A DNA stretch of 55,817 nucleotides, counting the filler, from Scyliorhinus canicula (taxonomy: Eukaryota): NCBI RefSeq assembly GCF_902713615.1. It is 2 parts of 2 records of this genome, joined end to end, with 100 filler letters (N's around TTAATTAATTAA, not from the genome) between each part and the next. Parts side by side here need not be neighbours in the genome. Positions count along the whole stretch, not along the records: positions 1 to 29,036 come from NW_024056028.1; positions 29,137 to 55,817 come from NC_052162.1. One strand, given 5' to 3'. The position numbers were made by a program, and so were the translations under genes. Of this stretch, positions 24,671-37,284 are shown piece after piece. Under the pieces are notes generated by a model. The model ran no database searches, was not told the DNA's origin, and worked only from the letters and a program-made list of their open reading frames with translations. The first letter of the stretch is position 1, and each line of letters starts with the position of its first letter.

Positions 24671-25617
24671 CCTGAATCTGCCTATTTTTTTCGAGACCTG
24701 CTCACTTTTATTAATGCACCAGATGATGCCTCTGTTTTGAATTGTGGGCGCATTATTCCACATGTCTTTGAGATGGAAAGATAATATAATGAATAGATAT
24801 TTTGAACAAGAAATCAGTTTATTGCAACAGCCTGAAACGGGATGTATAGTGTATACAGTGTGTGCTGTGCAACATTTGATATTCATTTTCAGTGCAGTCA
24901 AGAATTAGATTTCAGTTGCATTTCTTCGTTGCCAGTGCCCAAGACCAGAGATTGATGTGTAGGCGGATGCAGAGTATTGTTTCCATGTTTGTTGCCCTAG
25001 TGATTCTCGGAGGTCTCGGGTATGGAAGGTGCTGTTGAAGAAATCTTGGCGAGTTGCTGCATGCATCCCGTCGATGTTACACAAGGCAGCTACTGTGTGC
25101 CTGCTGTGAAGAGAATGAATGTTGCTGCAACATTAGGTTCTGTCTCAGTTATTTATCTAATGGTCCTATGTTTCTGTTACACAATTACAACTATTCCATT
25201 CCCTTAGTTTATTGCACTAGGCCCAGGCAATAGTAGTTCAGTTGTACAAGTTGGAGTGGCTGCAAGAAGATCAGGGAGATCTGCGCTTGTATGTAGGTGC
25301 ATCTTGGGTGCTGACAAGACAGACTATGACGTTTATCTGGACATAGATCAGCATTGCTTGCTGAAGAATTTTAGACTATCACTTTCCCCTCAGTTTTTAA
25401 AAAATCTTCACAATTGGCTACTTTCCAAATTATTGTGCATGGTCTACCGCAGCAATTACTGAGGCCGGGTCCAATGTAATATGAACAGAGATATGGCCCA
25501 GGGCAGAACTGAGGCTGTATCAAATGTAATACAGAGACAGGTTTAAATTAATAAAAACAGAGTCAGGTTCTAGGTTAATGTAAAGAGAGGACAAACAGGG
25601 TCCATAACTCCATAGCA

Positions 25618-25717
25618 NNNNNNNNNNNNNNNNNNNNNNNNNNNNNNNNNNNNNNNNNNNNNNNNNNNNNNNNNNNNNNNNNNNNNNNNNNNNNNNNNNN
25701 NNNNNNNNNNNNNNNNN
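25618..25717. other. Assembly gap (100 N) truncating the zinc-finger array
   Basis: N run. Confidence 1.
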
Positions 25718-26495
<778 letters not shown>

Positions 26496-26999
26496 CTGTG
26501 AAATTGATTTAAAACATTAAATAGGGAGTGAGAGAGAACCCACAAGAACACAAAGGCAGGTTGTGAAATTGAGCTGAATCAATCTGGTCATTTGTGGGTC
26601 CGGCACTGGGAAAAAGTGACCATGAAAACTGCTGGATTGTCATAAAAACCCAACTGGTTCAGTGATGTCCTCAGCGAAGGGAACCTGCCACCCGGGCAGA
26701 GACTGTACAAGAGTTTGGACACTAGGGGTGTAGAGAGATAGAGAGTGATATAGAGAGAGAGATTCATACATGAAGATACACATAATACAGTGATCCTGAT
26801 ACCAATTCCACTCTCTAAACCACTGACTCCATCCCTCTCTCCAGCAACTGTCTGAAGCTGAACCAGCTTCATCTTTGACCCCAAACTGGGCTTCCGACCA
26901 TGTATCTCTGGGAGTGACCAACCCTCTCTCTGAAATCTCCTCCAGTCACACAACTCTGCGAGATATCTGTGCACATCTCATTGCAGCATCATGAGCATT

Positions 27000-27240
27000 C
27001 CACATTTCAATCACACCAGCACTGCTGGCTGTTGTTTCAGTTCCCTGGGCCTCAGGAATTTCCTCCTTAAATCTCTCCATTTCGGAACCTCATTGAAAAT
27101 CCTGAAAATCTTCTTTGACCAAGCTTTCGCTCACTCTAATATCCCGTCATGTGGCTCAGTGTCAAATGCTGCTTTCTGCCATTTCTGTGAAATGTCTTTG
27201 AAAATGTTAATATGTTAAACGTATATAACTACAAATCATT
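27000..27240 (+). mobile_element. Probable L2-type 3' end/SINE tail relic
   Basis: cttctttgaccaagctttcgctcactctaatatcccgtcatgtggctcagtgtcaaat resembles L2-type tails (from recall). Confidence 0.45.
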
Positions 27241-27659
27241 GACACTGACTTGGGCATTTTTGGCATTGCTGCATTATGGCTGGGTGTAAATCCTGTAACT
27301 CCTTATCTAATAACATTGTTTGAGTCCTTTCACAACACGGACTGCGGTGGTTGAAGAAAGCAAAACATCATCTTCTCCACAGATAACTGGGGATTGGCAA
27401 TATTTGCTGCTGGTCTTGTTGGTGACACCCAAATCCCAAGAATAAATTTGACAAAATATGTACATAAAAAGATCAAAATCACCTCCAGAAAAACTTGTTT
27501 CTAAATGTCAGTTTAGCAACCCAATCTCCCTTGGAATCTACTCCCTTGACAATTTTTAATCTGAAATCATTGCTCCAAACTGGGGTCAAATTCCTCAGGG
27601 TAAAACCCAGAAGCTTCTCCTCCATCTCCACTCTAGCCAAACTGAAACAACAAAACAAA

Positions 27660-27995
27660 TGCACGGTAGCATTGTGGATAGCACAATCGCTTCACAGCTC
27701 CAGGGTCCCAGATTCGATTCCCGGCTTGGGTCACTGTCTGTGCGGAGTCTGCACGTCCTCCCCTTGTGTGCGTGGGTTTCCTCCGGGTGCTCTGGGTTCC
27801 TCCCACAGTCCAAAGATGTGCGGGTTAGGTGGATTGGCCATGCTAAATTGCCCGTAGTGTCCTAAAAAGTAAGGTTAGGGGGGTTGTTGGGTTACGGGTA
27901 TAGGGTGGATACGTGGGTTTGAGTAGGGTGATCTTTGCTCGGCACAACATCGAGGGCCGAAGGGCCTGTTCTGTGCTGTACTGTTCTATGTCCTA
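27660..27995 (+). mobile_element. V-SINE (HE1-like), full length, young
   Basis: B box gattcgattcc, V-domain, and tail gggccgaagggcctgttctgtgctgtactgttctatgt. Confidence 0.93.
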
Positions 27996-29036
27996 TGTAC
28001 AAGACCCTGGAAAGAAAACACACTGCAGGGATAGGAGGAAAGAGCAGGGAGGGGCTGATTAGTTCTTGCAAAAAGCACGGGCATGATGGGCTGAATGGCC
28101 CTCACCTGTACTGTAATGTTTAAATGATTCTGTGGAAAAAGGAGCTCTCCTGGAGCCTAGAGACCAATGTTCACAAGCAATATCCACCCACGTCACAGTA
28201 AAATACCAAACATGGTTAAAATAAAGCCACTATTAGAGGAAGAAGTTAAACAATGGCAGAGATGTGTTCAGGGAGGGCAGAGCTGAAATAGAGCAATGGG
28301 TGAACATGGATTCAGATCCACAGTAAAGGAGCCAAACCTGCCCCAGAGCCCTGGAACTAGAGCACAGATAACAAAGCACAACACTGAAAACTCTAAATTA
28401 TGAATGCTCAATAATACTCACCTCTGGAACAATTTCACCATTTTCAAATTTAAAACCTCCTGCTGGACCTGCCGCTGGAAAGATATCAGAAGCACTGGAA
28501 TTAGAGGAAATCACAATCTTCAAAGCTCCTAACTATAAAAAGAGATTATAATTGTCATTTGTAGTTAGAAATTAAGAGATACACATTTTTTCTGACTTCA
28601 GATTGCTATGTGAAAATCCTCCTCTTCTAACCCCCTGTAAAACAAGTTTCCAAAATCCATCAGTCAATCCAGTATATAAATTCATAACATTCCCTCCTCC
28701 TGTATCCTAGCACTGGATTACGTAAACTGGGATCTGCTGACGTTGGAAGCAGGTTGGGCAAGATTCGCTGAGTTGATTCCTCACATGAAGGGATTTGTTT
28801 TATGAGGAAAGGTTGGGCAGGTTACACATATACTCATTGCCATTTAGATAAATGAGACGTTATCTTACTGAAGCATAAGATTCTGAGGGAGGTTGGCAGG
28901 GTAAGTCCTGAAAAGATGTTTCCTCTCAATAGTGAATCAAGAATTGCAGGGACAGTTTGATGAGGAGCAATTAATTATTTCAGAGGACCAGTAGCCGGTG
29001 AGCTTAAGTTGGGTGTGTGGAAAGAGTCCAATGGCC

Positions 29037-29136
29037 NNNNNNNNNNNNNNNNNNNNNNNNNNNNNNNNNNNNNNNNNNNNTTAATTAATTAANNNNNNNN
29101 NNNNNNNNNNNNNNNNNNNNNNNNNNNNNNNNNNNN
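29037..29136. other. 100-bp gap with artificial six-frame-stop linker (44 N + TTAATTAATTAA + 44 N)
   Basis: Symmetric N padding around 29081-29092; the 12-mer carries TAA in all frames on both strands. Confidence 0.9.
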
Positions 29137-30870
29137 TAATGCTACAGGAGACGCACTTTAGAGTAGCTGATCAGATCAGATTAAGGAAGGTATGGGCCAG
29201 GCAGGTTTTTCACTCTGTGCTGGACTCGAAGACTCGAGGGGTCGTGATCCTGATTAATAAGCGAGTGGTGTTTGAGGCGGGAAGAATAGTTACGGATGTG
29301 GGAGGCCGGTAGATTATGGTCAGTGGGAAATTGGAGGGGGTGCAGGCGGTACTAGTAAATGTGTATGTGCCAAATTAGGATGATGTGGAGTTTATAAAGA
29401 GAATGCTGGGGAAGATCCCAGACCTAGATTTGCATAAGTTGGTCATGGGAGGGGACTTCACACAGTTACTGACCCTGGTTTAGACCGGTCGAGCTCAAAG
29501 ACGGACAGGGTGCCAGCAATGGCAAAGTTGCTAAAGCGGTTTGTGGAGCAAATGGGAGGGGTGGACCCATGGCGATTTGGGCAGCCAAGACTGAAGGAGT
29601 TTTCCTTTTACTCACACGTGCATAAAGTGTACTCCCGGATTGATTTTTAAATTTTGAACAGGGCTCTACCGATGGGGGTGGTGGACACGGGGTGTTCAGC
29701 GACCACAATCTCAGATCAAGCCCTGCACTGGGTTGACCTACAGGTTAGCAAGGAGAGTAGCCAGCGCCTGCTCTGGAGGCTGGACGTGGGACTTTTAGCT
29801 GACAAAGTGGTGTACGGGCAGCTGAGGAAATGTATTCAGAACTACCTGGAACTCAATGACACGGGTGAATTTGCGGTGGTCTGGGAGGCATTGAAGGCGG
29901 TGGTTAGAGGGGCGCTGATCTCGATATGGGCCCACAGGGAGAAGGTAGACAGGACAGAGACGGATCGACTGATAAAGGAGATATTGCAGGTCGACAGGAG
30001 GTATGCGGAGACCCCAGAGGCAGGGCTTTTAAGCGAACGACGGAGGCTACAGGCGAAGTTTGGCTTGTTAACCACAGGGAGGGCGGTAGAGCAGCTGAGG
30101 GGGGCGGTCTATGAGCATGTGGAGAAGGCCAGCAGAATGCTTGCACAGTAGCTTAGAAAGAGGGAGGCAGCCAGGGAGATAGGTAAAGGACGGGGACAGG
30201 AACCTGGTTGGGGACTCAGCAGGGGTGAATAAGGCGTTCAGGTTTTACAATAGGCTGTATGGGTCAGAACCCCCAGCGGGGCCGGAGGAGATGAGACACT
30301 TCTTAGGGGGGCTGAATTTCCTGAAGGTGGACGGGGAATGTTCTGGACATGCCCAAAGCTGAGGGGATTCTGGCAGGGGTTTGCGGATGTCATGACCACG
30401 GTGTTAAAAACAAGGGTGGCACCGAGGCCTGAGGTGGCGATTTTTGGAGTGTTGGAAGATCCGGGAATCCAGGAGGAGAAAGAGGCAGACGTTCTGGCCT
30501 TTGCTTCCCTGGTAGCCCGGAGACGGATACTATTAGCTTGGAGGGACTCAAACCCCCGAAATCGGAGACCTGGCTATCGGACATGGCTAGCTTTCTCTGT
30601 TTGGAGAAAATCAAGTTCGCCTTGAGAGGGTCAATGTTAGGGTTCACCCGGAGGTGGCAACCGTTCGTCCACTTCTTTGCGGAAAATTAACCGTTAGCAG
30701 AAGGTGGGAGTTGAGGGGGGGGGGGAGCTTAGTTTAGAGTAGAGGGTTAGTAAAGGTGGAACCTGTAAGGGAGGAAGACGGCTTTTGCACTATGTTTATA
30801 AATTCATGTAAATTGTTTATGTTGTTGTTGTAAAACTATAAATAGCTCAATAAAATGTTTATTAAAAAAA
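29137..30870 (+). mobile_element. L1-clade LINE ORF2 remnant: endonuclease plus C-terminal Cys-rich region, RT internally deleted
   Basis: LQETH..RGVVILINK..VNVY.PN..VMGGDF..YSRIDF(F); the frame jumps at ~30337 to MFWTCPKL..FW; AATAAA and A-tail at ~30849-30870. Confidence 0.88.
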
Positions 30871-31165
30871 CATGTTTTTTTCGCGGTTGCTGTCGCTCAT
30901 TCTTAACCTTTTCTAACCTCATGTCAGCCTTGTGGCTGTCACTCAGGGATACCTCTGAGTCACAGTGTCCCAGTCCCACTCCAGGATATGGGAACAGAAA
31001 TCAGCCCCGCTCGCACTGCCAGTGAGGTTGGAGAATTTACCGCCCAGCCAAATCTCCTATTCACCACAGCCGGAGCGGAGAATCCAGCTGCTGTGAATGG
31101 ACAGAGAATTCCAACACAAGACTGAAAGTCCCAGTGCAGTACCTCGGGAATTAATCCGAGACCTT

Positions 31166-31737
31166 GGACTGGGGTCTCCACAGCCCCGTACCAAAATCGC
31201 CTCTGGTGCGGGGGTGGGGAATTCACTTTTACGCCTGAATCGGGCCCGCGCTGCTGGGGGACCATTGCCTAACGGTCTCCCAGTGATGCACCGGTCCCAG
31301 CCGGCCGAATTCCCGATGGCGTGGTTCTAACCACATCTGGCCTGTCGGTACTTAGTCTGCGGCTGCCCTGTTGGGGGGCGGGCAGGATCAAGTACCGGGA
31401 GGGGCCTTATGGGTGGCCGGGGCGGCGATCGGGCAGGTTACGTGGAGCGGCGCGGGGCCAATTGTTACCTTTTTTGTTGGTCTAGATCCGCCGGCTGAGT
31501 CCGCAATTGCGTTCGGCTCGGCCGCTGCAGGCTGCCGCCCTGCGCATGCGTGGACTCGGCACCGGAAGTGCGGGGGCCCGTATCCACAGCTAAAGCTGCG
31601 AGAAGCACTCCAGGGCCCTGCCAGCCCCCTGCAGGTCGGAGAATACCTCTTGAATTTTTCAAGGAAAGTCTGGCGTGGAACTCCAGCGTTTTTACACCTG
31701 CGTAGGGACATAATACCATTTTTGGAGAATCTAGTCC
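31166..31737. mobile_element. PIF/Harbinger-type MITE, degenerate TIRs
   Basis: GGACTGGGGTCTCC (31166) and GGAGAATCTAGTCC (31724); interior similar to 45409-46034 (cggaagtgcgggggccgtatc..cagct). Confidence 0.75.
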
Positions 31738-31779
31738 CCTGTCTTTAACTCATGGGTGGGCACTGAATCAATGTAAGTA

Positions 31780-32060
31780 TTTATTTTATAGTTTACAGCG
31801 GGGCATTTGAAGATGGAAACCAGGCCAAACATCAGGTCAAGAGTCACACAGTTCATCGGGAACTGAGCACTGTCGACTTTTGCACATGGTATGAGTGTGA
31901 GGAATGCGGGAAGGGATTCAGCAACCTGGCCAAGAAAACCCACGCAGATGCGGGGAGAACGTGGAGACTCCATATCGACAGTGACCCAAGCCAGGAATCG
32001 AACCTGGGACCCTGCAGCTGTGAAACAACAGTGCTAACCACTGTGCGACAGTGCCACCCA
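31780..32060 (-). mobile_element. V-SINE fragment
   Basis: Reverse of head and V-domain: ccaggaatcgaacctgggaccctgcagctgtgaa...gtgctaaccactgtgc. Confidence 0.85.
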
Positions 32061-32403
32061 CCAGGTTACAAGATTGGTTTTTAAGATAATCTGATAGTTT
32101 CATGATCATTATCAATGAAACTGGCATTTAATTCTAGTTTCATCAATGTGAATTCCCACCACCGATTGCCATGGTGGAACTTTAATATCTCTGAGACATT
32201 AATTTGTGGCTCTGGATTTGGAGTCCAGTAACATTCCCACTCTGCCACCAAGTCCCTCAGTTCTCAGGAGCCGCTTCTCCGGAAGGACGTCCTGTTCTTG
32301 GCGAGGGTGGAGCACAGATTCACCAGAACCAGAGGGGGTGGAAAGGATCATCCCATGTAGACCTATTGCTTTGCTGGTCAATCTCGGTTTGACAAGGCCC
32401 TGG

Positions 32404-32735
32404 GCAGCACGGTAGCACAGTGGTTAGCACAGTTGCTTCACAGCTCCAGGGTCCCAGATTCGATTTCCGTCTTGCTTCACTGTCTGTGCGGACCCTGCAC
32501 ATTCTCCCCGTGTCTGCGTGGCTTTCCTCCGGGTGCTCCAATTTCCTCCAACAGTCCAAAGATGTGCAGGTTAGATGGATTGGCTGTGCGAAATTGTCCT
32601 TCGTGTGCATAAAAATGTTAGGTGAGGTTACAGGGACAGGGTGGAGATTTGGGCTCAGGTGGGGTGTGCTTTCCAAGGCCTGGTGCAGACTCGATGGGCC
32701 GAATGGCCTCTTTCTGCACTGTAAATTATATGATC
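32404..32735 (+). mobile_element. V-SINE (HE1-like)
   Basis: ggcagcacggtagcacagtggttagc head, V-domain, gggccgaatggcctc tail. Confidence 0.92.
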
Positions 32736-32989
32736 TATGACTGGCGGTGTCCAGTTGAGAGGTGGGTGAAGATTCGGCTGTGGGACTGGAGTCACATATC
32801 GGTCACTTTGGATAAGGAGGGCAGCTTTCCATCCCAAAGGGGCATTCCTGGATTTTCTTGACTCCAGGTTTTTCGTGTGTGTGTTTATTTTTTAAATGCA
32901 GGTTGTGAAGCTGAGCTGCACATGGTGAAAGTTGCTGGGATTGCTGAGTTGACTGGGTGAGGGCAGCCCCTCCATTTCTAATCCAGCTC

Positions 32990-33500
32990 CACAACCATTG
33001 CACCAACCGCGCCCATTCTGCCGCCCTCGGCTCCTCCCGGGGCCGCCAATCAGAGCGTCGCTGTTTCCCGCGCTCCTTCTCTCTCGCGCTCCGGACGCTG
33101 GGATTTAAATCCTCCAGCTGGTGCTTGTGGCTCAACCAATCAGAGCGTCAGTTTTTCCCGCGCTTCTCTCTCGCGCTCCGGCCGTTGGGATTTATATTCT
33201 CCGCCAATCAGAGAATCGCTTGTTCCCGCGCTCTCTCTCGCCCTCAATGCGTTGGGATTTGATGATTTAGCTTCTCCCCCCTCCCCCACCCCGTGCGGGC
33301 TCGCCGACTGTCCAATCAGAGCAGAGCTCTCGCTGCCCCCCCCCCCCCCCGCCCTCCAGCCCCTCCCCCCCACACGCTCCTCCTGATTGGCTGACTGAGC
33401 CTCCCCGCGCTCCCTCTGGCGGCCGCTCGCGCCTTTGCCGTTGGGGTTTAAAGGCTGAGCTGGCTGAGGCCTGTTCTTCAGTCTCCTTCACTCACTCTGC
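32990..33500. promoter_or_regulatory. CpG-rich promoter-like island with 5 CCAATCAG boxes and E2F-type sites in a triplicated module
   Basis: CCAAT at 33046, 33136, 33204, 33312 and ATTGG at 33386; TTTCCCGC at 33064 and 33154, GTTCCCGC at 33222; each module ends in GGGATTT. Confidence 0.7.
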
Positions 33501-33599
33501 AGAGCGGAGCCCCAGGGGGTGGGGGCTCCTCCAGCCGCTTCAACATCCCTCACAACCTTCAGCAAAAGAGGGGGAGACCGGCAAACCCCGAATGTGGGT

Positions 33600-34395
33600 T
33601 TGGCTTTGATGGAGCAAATTCCCATTTCGCTCTCCAGCTGAAAACCAGGAGCCAAACACACAAAAAGCTGAGGTACGGAAATTTTTGGCAATGGGAGAAG
33701 ACAGGGATGAAGACACTAAAATATTTGTTTTTTTGGGGTTGGTTTGCAGGATTGAAGGAGCTGGGAGCGAAGTATGGGCTGGAGGAGGGAGAAATGTTTA
33801 GATACAGGCAGGTTCGAGATTTTGCCAGAAAGGAGATACAGAGATTCCCGGTGGAGCCGGACTCCACATCGCTGGAGGAGGTGCTGACGACAGCGGGACT
33901 GGAGAAGGGGGCAGTGTCAGCGGTTTATGGAACTATTTTGGAAGAGGAGAAGGCACCGCTGGATGGGATCAAGGCAAAGTGGGAGGAAGACTTGGAAGGG
34001 GATATAGAGGAGGGGTTCTGGTGTGAGGTGCTCCGGAGAGTGAACGCCTCCACCTAGTGCATGAGATTGGGGCCGAAACAGCTGAAGGTGGTATATAGAG
34101 CACACCTCACAAGGGTGAGGATGAGCCGGCTCTTTGACAGGGTAGAAGATGTGTGTGAACATTGTGCACTTTCAAGAATTGGATAATATTGAACATTGGG
34201 GGGGAGGGGGGACTGTATGTGTTAATGGTGACGATGGGTGTTTCCTTATTCCTTTTTGTTATTTGTTTATCTTAACATGGAGGCAGTTTTTTGGGGGTTG
34301 GTGGGAGGATGGGATTGTTGTTGACATGGGGATTGACAATTTATTCATTACTGTTTATTGTTGGTGGGTATACATTTGGGAGAAAATGTGAAATA
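33600..34395 (+). mobile_element. L1-clade LINE 3' fragment
   Basis: FRYRQVRDF..KAKWEEDL...FWCEVLRRVNAST, followed by a GT-rich 3' UTR similar to ~30700-30850. Confidence 0.85.
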
Positions 34396-35300
34396 GTACT
34401 CAATACCGGGGCCTTGCAAGGCTGCGCACTTAGGCCCCTACTCTACTCCCTGGATGCACATGACTGTGTGGATAAATTTGGTTCCAACTCCATCTGCAAG
34501 TTTGCTGATGATACGACCATAATGGGCCGGATCCTGAATAACGATGAGTCAGAATACAGGAGGGAAATCGAGAAGCTAGTGGAGTGGTACAGCGACAACA
34601 ATCTATCCCTCAAAGCCAGCAAAACTAAAGAGCTGGTTATTGACTTCAGGAAGTACTGTACACACCCCTGTCAGCATCTCCGAGGTGGAGATGGTTGGCA
34701 GATTCAGATTCCTAGCAGTACACATCAACAAAAATGTGTCCTGGTCCACCCACGTCGATGCCACCACCAGGAAGGCACAACAGCGCCTACAATTCCTCAG
34801 GAAACTAAGGAAATTCGGCATATCTGGCTAAATCACAGCCTGGTATGGCAACTGCTCGGCCCAGGACCGCAAGAAACTTCAGAGAGTCTTAAACACCGCC
34901 TGGTCCATCACACAAACCTGCCTCCCATCCATTGACTCCATCTACACCTCCCGCTGCCTGGGGAAAGCGGTCAGCATTAATCATAGATACTTCCCACCCG
35001 CACTCACTCTTCCAACTTCTTCCATCGGGCAGGAGATACAAAAGTCTGAGAACATGCATGAACAGACTCAAAAACAGCTTCTTCCCCGATGTTACCAGAC
35101 TCCTAAACAACCCTCTTATGGACTGACCTCATTAACACTACACCACTGTATGCTTCACCTGATGCCGGTGTCAATGTAGTTACATTGTGTTGCCCTATTA
35201 TGTAATTTATTTCCTTTTCATGCACTTAATGATCTGTTGAGCTGCATGCAGAAAAATACATTTCATTGTACATCGGTACACGTGACGATAAAACAAATCC
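34396..35300 (+). mobile_element. Rex1/Babar-clade LINE 3' fragment
   Basis: LNTGALQGCALRPLLYSL..HDC...KFADDTTI.G.I.NNDESEYR..KTKELVIDFRK; RLKNSFFP near the tail. Confidence 0.85.
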
Positions 35301-35882
35301 AATCCAGTCATTCACCTCAAGATGTATATAAATGATTGTATATAAATCTTGTCAAAAGGGAAGCATTCGTAAGGTCTAAAAGGCTTAGGACAGATGAAGC
35401 CCTTGAAGAATATAAAGAAAATAGGAAGGAACTTAAGGTAGGAGTTAGGAAGGCTAGAAGGGTCATGAAATGTCGTTGGCAAACAGGATTAAGGAATATC
35501 CAAAGGGGTTTTATGTATAAAAGAGCAAGAGGGTAGCCAGAGAAAGGATTGGTCCATTCAAGGATATTGGAGGGAATCTGTATGGAACCAGAGGAAATGG
35601 GAGAGATAATAAATTAATACTTTGCCTCAGTATTCACCAAAGAGAAGGACTTGGTGTATAAGGAGTACAGGGTAGAGTGTGTAGATATTCTGAGTCATGT
35701 TGATATTAATAAAGAGGTGTTGGGCATCTTCAAAAGCATTAAAGTAGATAAGTCCCCAGGGCCTAATGGGATCTATCCCAGAATACTGAGGGAGGCAAGG
35801 GAGAAAATTGCTGGGGCCTTGACAGTAATCTTTGTTGCCTCATTGGCTACAGGTGAAGTTCCAGAGGACTGGGGAGTACCCA
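35300..35882 (+). mobile_element. CR1 LINE internal fragment
   Basis: KSIKVDKSPGPNGIYPRILREARE.IAGAL.VIF..SLATGEVPEDW. Confidence 0.9.
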
Positions 35883-35884
35883 AT

Positions 35885-37284
35885 GTTAGAACACAGAACA
35901 GTACAGCACAGAACAGGCCCTTTGGTCCTCGATGTTGTGCCGAGCATTTTCCGAAACCAAGATCAAGCTATCCCACTCCCTGTCATTCTGGTGTGCGCCA
36001 TGTGCCTATCCAATAACCGCCTGAAAGTTCCTAAAGTGTCCGACTCCACTATCAAGCAGGCAGTCCATTCCACACTCTAACCACTCTCTGAGTAAAGAAC
36101 CTACCTCGGACATCCCTCCTATATCTCCCACCCTGAACCTTATAGTTATGGCCCCTTGTAATAGCTACATCCACCCGAGGAAATAGTCTCTGAACGTCCA
36201 CTCTATCTATCCCCCTCATCATCTTATAAACCTCTATTAAGTCGCCTCTCATCGTCCTCCTCCGCTCCAAAAAGAAAAGCCCCAGCTCCCTCAACCTTTC
36301 CTCATAAGACCTATCCTCCAAACCAGGCAGAATCCTGGTAAATCTCCTTTGCACCCTTTCCAATGCTTCCACATCCTATAGTGAGGTGACCAGAACTGCA
36401 CACAATACTCCAAATGTGGTCTCACCAGGGTCATGTACAGTTGCAGCATAACCCCGCAGCTCTTAAACTCAAGCCCCCTGTTAATAAACACATACCACAC
36501 TATAGGCCTTTTTCACTGCTCTATCCACTTGAGTGGCAACCTTCAGAGATCTGTGGACCTGAACTCCAACATCCCTCTGTTCCTCCATATTCCTCAGAAC
36601 CCTGCCGTTGACCCTGTAATCCGCATTCAAATTTTTTCTACCAAAATTAATCACCTCACACTTATCAGGGTTAAACTCCATCTGCCATTTTTTTGGCCCA
36701 TCTCGACATCTTATCAAGGTCTCTTTGCAGCCTACAACAGCCCTCCACCTCATCCACTACTCCACCAATCTTGGTGTCATCAGCACATTTACAGACCCAC
36801 CTTCAGCCCCCTCCTCCAAGTCATTGATAAAAATCACAAATAGCAGAGGACCCAGCACTGATCCCTGTGGTACACCGCTGGTAACTGGTCTCCAGTCTGA
36901 AAATTTTCCATCCACCACCACCCTCTGTCTTCTATGTGATAGCCAGGGGCTGGTTTAGCTCAAGGGGCTGGTTTAGCTCACTCAGCTAAATCGCTGGCTT
37001 TTCAAGCAGGCCAGCAGCATGGTTCGATTCCCATACCAGCCTCCGCAGACAGGCGGCGGAATGTGGCGACTAGGGGCTTTTCACAGTAACTTCATTGAAG
37101 CCTACTCGTGACAATAAGCGATTTTCATTTTTTCATTTCATTTCAGTTACTTATCCAATTGGCCAAATTTCCCTCCATCCCACACCTCCTTATTTTCTTC
37201 ATAAGCCGACCATGGGGAACCTTATCAAACGCCTTACTAAAATCCATGTATACGACATCAACTGCTCTACCTTCATCTACATCA
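35885..37284 (-). mobile_element. CR1 (HER1-like) LINE 3' portion whose tail matches the V-SINE tail
   Basis: RPHLEYCVQFWSPHY, FTQRVVRVWNGLP; tail tagaacacagaacagtacagcacagaacaggccc at 35885-35920. Confidence 0.92.
36946..37145 (+). mobile_element. Second tRNA-derived SINE family, nested in the CR1
   Basis: ggggctggtttagctca (duplicated head), ggttcgattcc B box, ggggcttttcacagtaacttcattgaagcc, (TTTCA)n tail; other copies at 49154-49340 and 53935-54005. Confidence 0.85.

Noticed and set aside
29081-29092. TTAATTAATTAA as a biological palindrome
   Set aside because: Centred in symmetric N padding; an assembly linker.
35300-37284. Twin-priming 5' inversion of one CR1
   Set aside because: The plus fragment abuts the 3' tail of the minus copy, not its 5' end, so these are separate insertions.
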